This document shows positions 27,679 through 37,091 of a stretch of DNA of 64,000 nucleotides, piece by piece (within the stretch, counting starts at the first letter, position 1; every line of letters starts with the position of its first letter). The position numbers and the translations under genes are program-made. Under the pieces are notes generated by a model. The model was not told the DNA's origin and searched no databases. It worked only from the letters and a program-made list of their open reading frames with translations. The DNA is from Solirubrobacteraceae bacterium (lineage in GTDB: Bacteria; Actinomycetota; Thermoleophilia; Solirubrobacterales; Solirubrobacteraceae): assembly GCA_035540675.1 (NCBI GenBank), contig DATLGB010000223.1:4502-68501 (forward strand). The letters are read 5' to 3'.

Positions 27679-30353
27679 GCGTAGCGGTCGGGGTCGCGGA
27701 TCCCGGGCATGAAGCGCGGGTACTCGTGCTGGAACACGAGCGGCACCGTCCCCAGCCCGCCGTTGCGGTGCTTGGCGATGATCAGCTCGGCCTCGCCCTG
27801 GCGCTCGGAGTCGTCCTCGTAGTACTCCTCGCGGTAGATGAACATCACCAGGTCGGCGTCCTGCTCGATCTGCCCGGACGAGCGCAGGTCGGACAGCATC
27901 GGGCGCTTGTCGTGGCGCTGCTCGACGGCGCGGTTGAGCTGCGACAGCGCCACCACCGGCACCGACAGCTCGCGCGCGAGCGTCTTGAGCCCCTTGGAGA
28001 TCTCGCCGATCTGCTCGACCACGCTGTCCGAGCGCGAGTCCGCGCGCATGAGCTGCAGGTAGTCGACGACGACCAGCCCGAGCTTGCCGTCCACCTGCGT
28101 CGACAGCCGCCGCGCCTTCGCGCGGATGTCGAGCACGGACAGGTCGCTCGAGTCGTCCACCCACAGCGGCGCCGAGTTGAGCGCCTTCAGCGCGCCCGTC
28201 ACCTTCTGCCAGGAGACCTTGCCGCGCCGCAGGTCGTTGCCTTTGATCGAGCCCTGCGACGCGATGAACCGCTGCGCCAGCTCGGACTCGGACATCTCGA
28301 GCGAGAACATCACCGCCGGCCGGTCGAAGCGCACGGCCGCGTTCTCGAGGAAGTTGGCGGCGAGCGCGCTGTTGTGCACGACCACGTCGCCCGCGACGAA
28401 GTTGTGATCGCCCGGCACCGTCAGGTCGAACGTCTCGCGCTCGCCCACCGGCTCGACCGCGACGATCTCGTCCCACCACACGTCCGACGTCGCCAGCTGG
28501 CGCAGCTCCTCGTCGCCGATCGCGTCCGCGAGCTTGGCCAGCTGCGGCCGCGACACGCCCCGCGTGCCGACGTGCCAGTTGTGGTTGCGCGGGTGCCCGG
28601 CGGCGGCCGACACCTCCGCCCACGAGCGCTCGCCCTTCGCGGCTGAGACGAGCCGCCAGATGCCGGCCGGGACGGTGTCGACGTTCGTCTTGGACCGCAC
28701 CGACCCGAGGCCGGCGACGACGCGAGCGAGGCAGCTCCGCTTGCCGCACACCGCAACCTGCTCGGCGAACGCACGCAGGTCCTCCTGGCCCGTGATCAGC
28801 ACCTCGAGCGCGACCTTCCCGGTGCCCTCGTAGACCGGCCGGCGCAGCTCGCGCAGCTTGGAGACGATGCCCAGCCGTAGCAGCAGGTGCTGGACGTCGC
28901 GCGCCAGCCGCTCGCTGATCGTGCTGTAGCCGACCTGCCACAGCCGGTCACTCGCGTAGACGTGGCCGTCGCAGCCGTAGAGCACCGACAGGAAGCGCGC
29001 GATGCGCCCGCGGTCGAGGCCGAACACCATCTCCGGGACGAACTTCGACTCCGACCGCGTGCCCCAGATGCCGTGCCGCTCGCACAGCTCGCGCACCGGG
29101 TTCGGCCGCGTGCGGTCGCCCGTGCTGATCGTCCCGGTGCCCCAGCCGGCGGCCGGGACGTGCAGGCGCGCGCCCATCGCCTCGGCCGCCTCGGCCACCT
29201 CGTCGACCACCGGCGAGTCCGGCCCCCAGCAGAACCGCGGGGTCCGCTCGGTCAGGTTGCCGTCGGCGAGCAGGGCCGCGAGCATGACCAGCTCGGCGTC
29301 GGGCATCGTCTGCTCGACCACCGGCGCGGGCAGGGTCCGCGGCACCGCGATCCGGTCTCCCGGCGCCAGCCCTCCGAGCTCGCGCCACCCGTCGATGGTG
29401 AGCAGCGGGTGGTTGGCCGTGGCCTCGATCCGGCGGCCGAGCTTCGTGGTGAGCCGCAGCACCGGCCTGACGCCGTTGCGGAAGCCGGCGGTCACCCGCG
29501 TGGGGCGCAGCCTGAGGTCGGGCCCGAGCGACGCCACCCACGCCTCCTCGGCCCCGTGCTCGAGTTCGGCCACCACGTCCTCGATGCGGCGCCGCGCGCC
29601 GCTCCACGGGTCGTAGACCGGCGTGCCCGCGCTCAGGCACTTGCCCATCGACGGGCGTGCGGCCAGGATGATCAGGTTGCCGGGCTGGAAGCCGCCGGTG
29701 ATCTCGTCGAGGTCGTTGAAGCCGGACGGGGTGCCCGTGACCGTCTTGCCGGCCTCCGACAGCGCGGCGAGCTTCTCGATCTCCTCGTCGAGGACCTCGT
29801 GGATCTTGCGGAAGTCCTTGCGGCGGTCGTCGTGGCCGACCTCGAGGATCGCCCGCTCGGCCTGGTCGACCAGCTCGCGCGGGTCGCCGCCGCGCTCGGC
29901 CACCTGCTGCTGGATGCGGTAGGTGGCGGTGAGGAGGTTGCGCACCAGCGCCGCCTCCTTGACGATCTTGCCGTAGTGCGCCGCGTTGCCGACCACGGGC
30001 GGCGCGGCGGCCAGTGCCTCGATCGCGGCGGCGCCGCCGGCGGCCTCCAGGCTGCCGGACTGCTTGAGCTTCTCGGTGACCGTGAGCTTGTCGACCGGCT
30101 CGCTCTGCTCGTAGAGCGCGAGCATGGCGGCGTAGATCACCGCGTGGCCCGGCCGGTAGAAGTCGTCGGGCTGCAGGTTGAGCTGGACGCGCAGCGCGTA
30201 GAGCGTCTGGTCGGAGAGCAGGATGGCGCCGAGAACGGACTGCTCGGCCTCGATGCTCTGCGGCGGCACGAGCCCGGCGGGCGGCGCGCCGTTGGCGCCG
30301 CTGCCGTTGCTGCCGTTGGTGCGCTCGGGGACGCTCATGGGATCGCCGAGCAT
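27675..30353 (-). CDS. dnaB: Replicative DNA helicase DnaB, interrupted by an intein (extein 469 aa)
   Basis: PPQSIEAEQSVLGAIL, GFxDLD, Walker A split ARPSMGK|C...HN|SALA, IEQDADLVMFIYRE. Confidence 0.95.
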   Translation of the reverse strand: MLGDPMSVPERTNGSNGSGANGAPPAGLVPPQSIEAEQSVLGAILLSDQTLYALRVQLNLQPDDFYRPGHAVIYAAMLALYEQSEPVDKLTVTEKLKQSGSLEAAGGAAAIEALAAAPPVVGNAAHYGKIVKEAALVRNLLTATYRIQQQVAERGGDPRELVDQAERAILEVGHDDRRKDFRKIHEVLDEEIEKLAALSEAGKTVTGTPSGFNDLDEITGGFQPGNLIILAARPSMGKCLSAGTPVYDPWSGARRRIEDVVAELEHGAEEAWVASLGPDLRLRPTRVTAGFRNGVRPVLRLTTKLGRRIEATANHPLLTIDGWRELGGLAPGDRIAVPRTLPAPVVEQTMPDAELVMLAALLADGNLTERTPRFCWGPDSPVVDEVAEAAEAMGARLHVPAAGWGTGTISTGDRTRPNPVRELCERHGIWGTRSESKFVPEMVFGLDRGRIARFLSVLYGCDGHVYASDRLWQVGYSTISERLARDVQHLLLRLGIVSKLRELRRPVYEGTGKVALEVLITGQEDLRAFAEQVAVCGKRSCLARVVAGLGSVRSKTNVDTVPAGIWRLVSAAKGERSWAEVSAAAGHPRNHNWHVGTRGVSRPQLAKLADAIGDEELRQLATSDVWWDEIVAVEPVGERETFDLTVPGDHNFVAGDVVVHNSALAANFLENAAVRFDRPAVMFSLEMSESELAQRFIASQGSIKGNDLRRGKVSWQKVTGALKALNSAPLWVDDSSDLSVLDIRAKARRLSTQVDGKLGLVVVDYLQLMRADSRSDSVVEQIGEISKGLKTLARELSVPVVALSQLNRAVEQRHDKRPMLSDLRSSGQIEQDADLVMFIYREEYYEDDSERQGEAELIIAKHRNGGLGTVPLVFQHEYPRFMPGIRDPDRYA
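28371..29639 (-). mobile_element. DnaB intein (423 aa) with LAGLIDADG homing-endonuclease domain, inserted in the P-loop
   Basis: Block A CLSAGTPV (Cys1 at 29639-29637), block B TANHPLLT, LAGLIDADG motifs LAALLADGNL and LSVLYGCDGHVY, blocks F/G FDLTVPGDHNFVAGDVVVHN, +1 Ser. Confidence 0.9.
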
Positions 30354-30393
30354 AGGTCGGGGAGCGGCGGCGAGAAACGGTTCTTGCCGCTCG

Positions 30394-30430
30394 CTGCGGC
30401 CTTTGTCACGAAGGCCGCAGATTTGTCACG
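30394..30430. promoter_or_regulatory. Hairpin plus direct 9-mer repeat between the hypE stop and the dnaB start
   Basis: ctgcggcc-N11-ggccgcag (30394..30420). TTTGTCACG occurs twice (30402-30410 and 30422-30430), 20 nt apart. Confidence 0.3.
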
Positions 30431-30460
30431 GATGCGCGCCGCGGGCCGCCGCCGGCGCGC

Positions 30461-31549
30461 TCAGCAGATGCGCGGGAGCGGGTCGCCCGCGAGCATGTCG
30501 ACCACGCGGGACCCGCCGAAGGAGGTCTCGAGCACGACCATGCCCGGGGGCTCCGCGCGGACCTCGCCCACCACCGCGGCGTCGGTCCCCAGCGGATGGG
30601 CGCGCAGCGCCGCCAGCGCCTCCGCCTCCGCCTCCGGCGCCACCACCGCCAGCAGCTTGCCCTCGTTGGCCACGTAGAGCGGGTCGATGCCGAGGATCTC
30701 GCACGCGCCGGCGACGGCGGGACGCACGGGGATGGAGGCCTCGTCGAGCACGATCGCGACCTCGGCGCTCATGGCGAGCTCGTTCAGCACGGTGGCGACG
30801 CCGCCGCGCGTCGGGTCGCTCATGCAGCGCAGGTTCTCGCCCGCGGCGGCGCGCAGGGCGCCGGCGAGCTCGTGCAGCGGCGCCGAGTCGCTGCGCAGGT
30901 CGGCTTCGAGCTCGAGGCCGCCGCGGGCGACCATGATCGCCATCCCGTGATCGCCGATCGTGCCGGAGCACAGCACGCGATCGCCCGGCCGGATCGCCAT
31001 CGGCGAGAGCCGGTGGCCCTCGCGCACGCCGATGCCCGTCGTGCTCACGTACAGGCCGTCGGCCTTGCCGCGCTCGACCACCTTGGTGTCGCCGGTGACG
31101 ATGGCGACGCCGGCGCCGGCGGCCGCTTGCGCCATCGAGGCGACGTAGCGCTGGAGGTCGGAGACCGGCAGCCCCTCCTCGAGGACGACGCCCAGCGCGA
31201 GGAAGCACGGCCGCGCGCCGCTGACGGCGAGGTCGTTGATCGTGCCGTGCACCGCCAGCGAGCCGATGTCGCCGCCCGGGAAGTCGAGCGGCCGGACCAC
31301 GTAGGTGTCCGTCGAGATCGCGAGCGGCGCGCCGCCGGCGTCCACGACGGCGGCGTCGCCGAGCTCGGCCAGCGCCGGGTTGTCGAAGGCTCGCGCGAAG
31401 ACGGTCTCGATCAGGACGTGCGACGAGCGCCCGCCGGCGCCGTGGCTGAGCGTGATCCGCTCATCCATCAGCTTGACGTGCGGGCGACGCCGGCGGCGCT
31501 CGATCGCCTCGAGCACCTCCTCCTCGGAGCGCGTCGTCCTGCCGATCAC
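30461..31549 (-). CDS. hypE: Hydrogenase maturation protein HypE (carbamoyl dehydratase)
   Basis: C-terminal part of ORF 30461..31852. LSHGAGG, GDTKV, C-terminal PRIC. GTG 31549 overlaps the hypD stop (GTGA). Alternative ATG at 31471 (MDERITLSHG). Confidence 0.9.
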   Translation of the reverse strand: MIGRTTRSEEEVLEAIERRRRRPHVKLMDERITLSHGAGGRSSHVLIETVFARAFDNPALAELGDAAVVDAGGAPLAISTDTYVVRPLDFPGGDIGSLAVHGTINDLAVSGARPCFLALGVVLEEGLPVSDLQRYVASMAQAAAGAGVAIVTGDTKVVERGKADGLYVSTTGIGVREGHRLSPMAIRPGDRVLCSGTIGDHGMAIMVARGGLELEADLRSDSAPLHELAGALRAAAGENLRCMSDPTRGGVATVLNELAMSAEVAIVLDEASIPVRPAVAGACEILGIDPLYVANEGKLLAVVAPEAEAEALAALRAHPLGTDAAVVGEVRAEPPGMVVLETSFGGSRVVDMLAGDPLPRIC

Positions 31550-32679
31550 GCCGGCTCCATCGCCGCGTCGCGGCCGGCGCGGCGCTGGAAGCGGCCGAAG
31601 TTGTAGTACGCGGCGCAGGCGCCCTCGCTCGACACCATGCAGGTTCCGATCGGCCGGTCCGGGGTGCAGGCCGTGCCGAACACCTTGCACTCCCACGGCT
31701 TGATCACGCCCTTGAGCACCTCGCCGCACTGGCACGCCTTCGGGTCGGCCACCCGCACGCCGGGGACCGCGAAGCGCACCTCCGCATCCCAGTCGGCGAA
31801 GTCGTCGCGCAGCTTCAGCGCGCTCTGGGAGATGAAGCCCAAGCCACGCCACTCGAACGTCGTCCGCAGCTCCATCGTCTGCGCGATGGCCTGCAGCGCG
31901 AGCGGGTTGCCCTCCTCGCGCACCACGCGCGTGTACTGGTTCTCGACCTCGCTGCGACCCTCGGCGAGCTGCTTGAGCACCTGGTAGACGCCCTGCAGGA
32001 TGTCCAGCGGCTCGAACCCGGCCACGACGACGGGGCGCCCGTGGTCGCGCGCGATCCAGCGGTACGGGCGGGTGCCGATGACCGTCGACACGTGCCCCGG
32101 CCCGAGGAACCCGTCGAGGCGGAGGTCCGGCGAGTCGAGGATCGCTCGGATCGCCGGGATGATCGTCACGTGGTTGGCGAACACGCTGAAGTTGCGGATG
32201 CCCTCCGCGCGGGCGCGCAGCAGCGTCAGGGCCGTCGAGGGCGCCGTGGTCTCGAACCCGATCGCGAAGAACACGACCTCGCGGTCAGGGTTCTCGCGCG
32301 CGACCTTCAGCGCGTCCAGCGGCGAGTAGACCATCCGCACGTCGGCGCCGCGCGCCTTGGCGTCGAGCAGCGAGCCGCGGCTCGCGGGCACCCGCATCAT
32401 GTCGCCGAACGTGGTGAAGATCACCTCGGGGCGCTCGGCGATGGCGACGGCGTCGTCCTGCCGGCCCATCGGGATCACGCAGACGGGGCAGCCGGGGCCA
32501 TGGACCAGCTCGACGTTGGGCGGCAGCAGGTCCTCGATGCCGTGCTTGTAGATCGTGTGCGTGTGGCCGCCGCACACCTCCATCACCTTGTAGCCGCGGC
32601 CGGGATCCACCAGCGCCGCGATCTGCGCCGCCAGGCGCCGGGCGACGTCGCCGTCGCGGTACTCGTCGACGAACCTCAT
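31546..32679 (-). CDS. hypD: Hydrogenase maturation protein HypD
   Basis: MRFVDEYRD, MEVCGGHTH, GPGCPVCV, FxPGHVS-type motif GPGHVSTVIG, C-terminal Cys cluster. Confidence 0.95.
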   Translation of the reverse strand: MRFVDEYRDGDVARRLAAQIAALVDPGRGYKVMEVCGGHTHTIYKHGIEDLLPPNVELVHGPGCPVCVIPMGRQDDAVAIAERPEVIFTTFGDMMRVPASRGSLLDAKARGADVRMVYSPLDALKVARENPDREVVFFAIGFETTAPSTALTLLRARAEGIRNFSVFANHVTIIPAIRAILDSPDLRLDGFLGPGHVSTVIGTRPYRWIARDHGRPVVVAGFEPLDILQGVYQVLKQLAEGRSEVENQYTRVVREEGNPLALQAIAQTMELRTTFEWRGLGFISQSALKLRDDFADWDAEVRFAVPGVRVADPKACQCGEVLKGVIKPWECKVFGTACTPDRPIGTCMVSSEGACAAYYNFGRFQRRAGRDAAMEPA

Positions 32680-34010
32680 GGCCTCCCGATCCGGTCGAGC
32701 AGCAGGTGCGAGATCGTGGCGTGCGCCTCCTGCAGGCGCGGGACGTAGTCGCCGGGGACGCCGATGTGGTGGTCAAGCCAGCCGGCGCCGGCCAGACGGC
32801 CCCCGTCGTAGCCCGTGACGGCGACGGTCAGCATCCCGCGGCGGCGGGCCTCCTCGAGCCCGGCAAGGACGTTCGGCGACGACCCGCTCGTGGAGAACGC
32901 GATCGCCACGTCGCGCGCGCGGCCGAGCGGGATCAGCTGCCGGGCCCAGACGTTCTCGAAGCCGACGTCGTTGGCCACCGCGGTGACCGTCGGCGCGTCG
33001 TCGACGAGCGCGACCGCCGGCCAGCCCGCCGCCTGCGCGTCGAAGGCGAGGTCCTGGGCGTCGGTGGCCGAGCCGCCGTTGCCGAACGCGAGCAGGCGGC
33101 CGCCGGCGTCGAGGCGCGCGCGCACGGCCGCGGCGCACGCCGCGATCGCGTCGGCGTCGATCGTCCGCCGCAGCTCGATGGCGTCGCGCCCCTTGCGCAG
33201 TGTCGACGCGCGCACGTCGGCCAGGACGGCCTCGAGGTCGCGCTCGTCACCTTCGAGGAACGGATACAGGAAGCCCGTCGCCTCCGCCGGCGCGGCCGCG
33301 CGCTCGAGGCGCTCCAGCGCGACGCCGGCGTGGCAGAGCAACCGGTCGCCGGGTGCGACGGGCCCGACGAGGTCCACCGCGACCGTCTCGCGCGCGCCGC
33401 CGTGCTCGACGACCGCCGCCGTCCCCTCCACCGCGACGACCTCGACCTCCACCGCCACGTCGCCGCAGGTCAGGCACGCGTCGTCGAGCAGCCCCGGGTG
33501 CTCGAAGAAGACGTGCACGAGCTCCCACAGCACGTGGTACGTCGTCTCCTGCACCTCCTGGACGATCTCGGGCGCGGCAGCGGGCACCACGAACGCGTGG
33601 TCGGCGGCGAGCCGCTCCGCGCCGGCACCGAGCGCGATCGTCAGCATGCCGCGCCGTCGCGCTTCCTCCAGGAACGCGTCCAGCCGGCCGGGCTCGTGCG
33701 CCATCCCGATCGCGATGTCCTGCGGTCCGCCGAACGCCAGCGCCCGCTCCGGGCCGCCGGCGGGCGCGAGCGCCGGCAGCGCCCGCTTGCCGACGATCAC
33801 GGGGTGCATGAACTCGACCGCCACGTGGGCGGCGTCCGTGACGGCGGCGCCCGCGCCGTGCGCGATCAGCACGCCGCCGCGCGCGAAGGCGCGGGCGAGG
33901 TCGTGGCAGGCGCGCGCCAGCCGGTCCTGCTCGCGCTCGAGGAACGCCTCGAGCACCCGCTCGCGCTCGGCGATCGCGGTGGCGCTGGGACTGGTGGCGG
34001 AGGGCGTCAT
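32676..34010 (-). CDS. Fusion protein: degenerate SIS domain, HypC/HupF-like OB domain, then GmhA-like SIS domain
   Basis: ATG 34010 (ATGA with the hypC stop); its stop overlaps the hypD start (ATGA). The N-terminal SIS lacks S/T motifs (HGAGAAVTDAAHVAVEF). Middle CLTCGDVAVEVEVVAV...GDRLLCHAGVALERL. C-terminal AFGNGGSATDAQDLAFD and AFSTSGSSPNVLAGLEEARRRGMLTVAVTG. Confidence 0.7.
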   Translation of the reverse strand: MTPSATSPSATAIAERERVLEAFLEREQDRLARACHDLARAFARGGVLIAHGAGAAVTDAAHVAVEFMHPVIVGKRALPALAPAGGPERALAFGGPQDIAIGMAHEPGRLDAFLEEARRRGMLTIALGAGAERLAADHAFVVPAAAPEIVQEVQETTYHVLWELVHVFFEHPGLLDDACLTCGDVAVEVEVVAVEGTAAVVEHGGARETVAVDLVGPVAPGDRLLCHAGVALERLERAAAPAEATGFLYPFLEGDERDLEAVLADVRASTLRKGRDAIELRRTIDADAIAACAAAVRARLDAGGRLLAFGNGGSATDAQDLAFDAQAAGWPAVALVDDAPTVTAVANDVGFENVWARQLIPLGRARDVAIAFSTSGSSPNVLAGLEEARRRGMLTVAVTGYDGGRLAGAGWLDHHIGVPGDYVPRLQEAHATISHLLLDRIGRP

Positions 34011-34285
34011 TCGATCGAGGACGACCGCAGGTCGTCGAGCTCCTGCTCGAAGGCCTCGCCGAGCTCGACGAGGAACGCGCGCGTGGCCTCCGCCTCGGCC
34101 TCGTCGATCTTCGACATCGCGAAGCCGACGTGGATGAGCACCCAGTCGCCGACGTCGACGGCGTCGGGGCCGCCGCTGAGCAGGCCGACGTTGATCGCAC
34201 GCCGCACCCCCGAGACCTCCGCCTTGGCGATGTGGTGCTCGGGGTCGACCCACTCTACGATCTGGCCGGGAATTCCTAGGCACAT
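34007..34285 (-). CDS. hypC: Hydrogenase maturation chaperone HypC
   Basis: MCLGIPGQIVEW...GDWVLIHVGFAMSKIDEAEA. C-terminal part of ORF 34007..35698. Confidence 0.9.
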   Translation of the reverse strand: MCLGIPGQIVEWVDPEHHIAKAEVSGVRRAINVGLLSGGPDAVDVGDWVLIHVGFAMSKIDEAEAEATRAFLVELGEAFEQELDDLRSSSIE

Positions 34286-36462
34286 GACGCACGCATCCTC
34301 GCGGCCGCGACCGCAGCTTGTCCATAGGCGATCCCGCCGTCGTTCGGAGGCAGACGCCGGTGGGTCAGGACGCGGAACCCCGCCGCCTCGAGCCGCCGGC
34401 GCAGCGACCGGGCCAGCCGCCGGTTCTGCAGGCACCCCCCGCTGAGCGCGACGGTGTCGCCCGGAGTCGCCGCGGCGGCGCAGGCGGCGGCGAAGGCCGC
34501 GGCGAGGCCCTCGTGCACCGCGGCGGCGATCGCCGCCGCCGGGCGCCCGCCCCGCAGATCGTCGTGCGCGGCCCGCACGAGGTCGCTGCCGCGGATCACG
34601 CCGCCGGCGACCCGGCAGGGATAGGCGCGCGCCTCGGCGTCGCCAGCGAGCTGCTCGAGCTCGATCGCGGCCTGCCCCTCGTAGCTGATCACCTCGCGCA
34701 CGCCGAGCAGCGCCGCGACCGCGTCGAGCAGCCGCCCGGCGCCCGACGACGGGGGCGCGTTGACCGCCAGCGACTGGCGAACGAGCCTCCAGCGCTCCCA
34801 CGGCACCGGGCGCCCCGCCCGCTCGAGGTGCGCCGCGGCCGCGCGCCACGGCTCGCGGATGGCGGCCTCGCCTCCGGGCAGCGGCACCGGCTCGAGGTGC
34901 GCGACGCGCTCGAAGTCCGCCAGGTCGCACCGCAGCAGCTCGCCGCCCCAGAGCGTGCCGTCGGTCCCGTAGCCCGTCCCGTCGAGCACGATCGCCAGCG
35001 CGGGCGCCGTCTCGCCGTGCTCGGCCAGGCAGGCGGCGGCGTGCGCGTGGTGGTGCTGCACGCCGACGAGCTCGGCCTCCTGCTCCAGCGCCCAGCGCGT
35101 CGAGCGGTACTCGGGGTGCAGGTCGTGCGCGACGACCGCCGGCCGAATGCCGAGCATCTCCAGGTACAGGCGCAGGTCGTCGCCGAAGGCGAGCACCGCC
35201 GCCTCCGAGGAAAGGTCGCCGAGGTGCCCCGACGGGAACGCGCGCGCCCCGACCGCGACGCAGAACGCGCTCTTGAGGTCGGCTCCGGCGGCCACCAGCG
35301 GCTCCGGCGCCGCCAGCGGCAACGACAGCGGCGCCGGCGCCAGCCCGCGCGAGCGCCGCAGCGGATGCGCCGCCCGCACCACCGAGTCCTCGCAGCGCCG
35401 CTGGATTGGGCGGTCGTGGCCGAGGAAGGCGTCCGCGATGTCGCGCAGCCGGTCGTGCGCCTCGTCGTCGCCGACCGCGATCGGCTCGTCGCCGCGGTTG
35501 CCGCTGGTCATCACGAGCGGGCCGCCGAAGTCGTGCGCCAGCAGGTGGTGCAGCGGCGTGTAGGGGAGCATCACCCCGAGCTCCCGGGCGCCGGGCGCGA
35601 CCGACGGCGCGACGGGCGCGGCGGCCAGGCGCTCGAGCAGCACGATCGGCCGTGATGGCGCTTGCAACAGCGCCCGCTCGTCCGGCGATACCCGGCACAG
35701 CGCGTCCGGGTCGCCCGTCATCAGCGCGAACGGCTTGGCGTCGCGCGCCTTGCGCGCGCGCAGCCGCGCGACCGCGAGCTCATCGGCGGCGTCGCAGGCG
35801 AGATGCCAGCCGCCGAGGCCCTTCACGGCGAGGATGCCGCCGGCGCGCAGCACCGCGACCGCCTCCTCGAGCGGCATCGACAGGCGCGGCCCGCAGGCGG
35901 GACAGGCGATCGCCTCGGCGTGGAAGCGGCGGTCGGCCGGATCCTCGTACTCCGCCCGGCAGTCGCCGCAGAGGGGAAAGCCGGCCAGGGTCGTCCGCTC
36001 GCGGTCGTAGGGCAGCGCCCGCACGATCGTGAAGCGCGGCCCGCAGTTGGTGCAGGTCAGGAACGGGTAGCGGTGGCGCCGGTCGGCCGGGTCGAACAGC
36101 TCCCGCAGGCAGTCGGCGCACGTCGACAGGTCCGGCCCGATCGCCGGCGCCCCGGCGCCCCCGGCGCTCGTCGCGACGGCGAACCGGCGCTCTCCGCTCG
36201 GCGCCACGGACGTCTGCACGACGCCGTCGAGGGCGGCCGCGGCGGGCGCCTCGGCCACGAGCGCGGTGGCGAACGCATCCAGCGCCGCCGGCGACCCCTC
36301 GACCTCGACCTCGACGCCGGCGGCGGTGTTGCGGACATGGCCGCCGAGGCCGTGCCGGACGGCCAGGCCGTGCACGAAGGGCCGGAACCCCACGCCCTGC
36401 ACGATGCCCGTGATCTCGAGGCGGCGGCGCGCGGCCGGGACTGCGTCGGAGGCGACCGCCAC
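34276..36462 (-). CDS. hypF: Carbamoyltransferase HypF
   Basis: Acylphosphatase-like GIVQGVGFRPFV. Zn fingers CADCLRE..CTNCGPRFT and CGDCRAEY..CPACGPR. YrdC-like and Kae1-like C-terminal domains. Confidence 0.95.
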   Translation of the reverse strand: MAVASDAVPAARRRLEITGIVQGVGFRPFVHGLAVRHGLGGHVRNTAAGVEVEVEGSPAALDAFATALVAEAPAAAALDGVVQTSVAPSGERRFAVATSAGGAGAPAIGPDLSTCADCLRELFDPADRRHRYPFLTCTNCGPRFTIVRALPYDRERTTLAGFPLCGDCRAEYEDPADRRFHAEAIACPACGPRLSMPLEEAVAVLRAGGILAVKGLGGWHLACDAADELAVARLRARKARDAKPFALMTGDPDALCRVSPDERALLQAPSRPIVLLERLAAAPVAPSVAPGARELGVMLPYTPLHHLLAHDFGGPLVMTSGNRGDEPIAVGDDEAHDRLRDIADAFLGHDRPIQRRCEDSVVRAAHPLRRSRGLAPAPLSLPLAAPEPLVAAGADLKSAFCVAVGARAFPSGHLGDLSSEAAVLAFGDDLRLYLEMLGIRPAVVAHDLHPEYRSTRWALEQEAELVGVQHHHAHAAACLAEHGETAPALAIVLDGTGYGTDGTLWGGELLRCDLADFERVAHLEPVPLPGGEAAIREPWRAAAAHLERAGRPVPWERWRLVRQSLAVNAPPSSGAGRLLDAVAALLGVREVISYEGQAAIELEQLAGDAEARAYPCRVAGGVIRGSDLVRAAHDDLRGGRPAAAIAAAVHEGLAAAFAAACAAAATPGDTVALSGGCLQNRRLARSLRRRLEAAGFRVLTHRRLPPNDGGIAYGQAAVAAARMRASCA

Positions 36463-36468
36463 CCGTAC

Positions 36469-36822
36469 CTACGGCGTCGCCGGCCGCGGCAGGTCGGCGC
36501 GCGAGTCGATGTCGGCGGGCGAGGCGGCGGCCGTGCCGGCCTCCGTCGGGCCGCCCGAGGTCGTCTGCTCGGCGGGTGGCGCCGGCTCGCCCACGACCTC
36601 CTGCAGCGCGGTGGCCACCTGGGTGAGCGCCGCGTTGACGTCGCCGAGCGCCTGGCCGATCGGCGCCGTCTGCGACTCGATCGCGCGCACGCCGAACGTC
36701 ACGAGGCCGAGGGTCTTGGAGATGTTGCGCAGCGTCCGGGCGATCGCGATCAGGTAGCCCGCGAGCACGACGACGAGCAGCAGGACCTCGACGAGCGTGA
36801 GGACGATCAGCAGGGTGTTCAC
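36469..36822 (-). CDS. Small single-pass membrane protein, paralog 4 of 4 (117 aa)
   Basis: GTG 36822 (GTGA with the upstream stop). VNTLLIVLTLVEVLLLVVVLAGYLIAIARTLRNISK..., Pro/Ala-rich tail. Ends 7 nt before the hypF start. Confidence 0.6.
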   Translation of the reverse strand: MNTLLIVLTLVEVLLLVVVLAGYLIAIARTLRNISKTLGLVTFGVRAIESQTAPIGQALGDVNAALTQVATALQEVVGEPAPPAEQTTSGGPTEAGTAAASPADIDSRADLPRPATP

Positions 36823-37091
36823 GATTGGCCCCTCCCGGCTTGGCGATGGCGCTCGACTTCCTCGGCGAGCTCGGTTCCACGGGCGACGGTCGCCCCCAGC
36901 AGGTACGACGTCTGCGTGTTCTGGGCGACGAGCTTGCCGGTGTCCCACAGCACGGCCACGCCCTCGTCGATCCGCTTGACCGTGCGGCGCAGCGCCTCGA
37001 GGAGGGCCCACACCACCAGGGCCACCACGAGACCCACCGCGAGCGTGATCCACCACGCGGTCTGGTTCGACGTCATCGCGATCACGGTCAT
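36819..37091 (-). CDS. Small single-pass membrane protein, paralog 3 of 4 (90 aa)
   Basis: Track ORF. ATGA overlap. AWWITLAVGLVVALVVWALLEALRRTVKRIDEG... Confidence 0.6.
   Translation of the reverse strand: MTVIAMTSNQTAWWITLAVGLVVALVVWALLEALRRTVKRIDEGVAVLWDTGKLVAQNTQTSYLLGATVARGTELAEEVERHRQAGRGQS

Noticed and set aside
30402-30430. TTTGTCACG direct repeats as DnaA boxes or an origin near dnaB
   Set aside because: They match the TTGTCCACA-type consensus only about 6/9. There are only two copies, with no AT-rich unwinding element and no dnaA/dnaN context. They are kept only as a low-confidence regulatory note.
34007-35698. 563-aa minus-strand ORF overlapping hypF
   Set aside because: Only its last 92 codons (HypC, MCLGIPG...) are real. 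The remainder is out of frame with the well-supported HypF.
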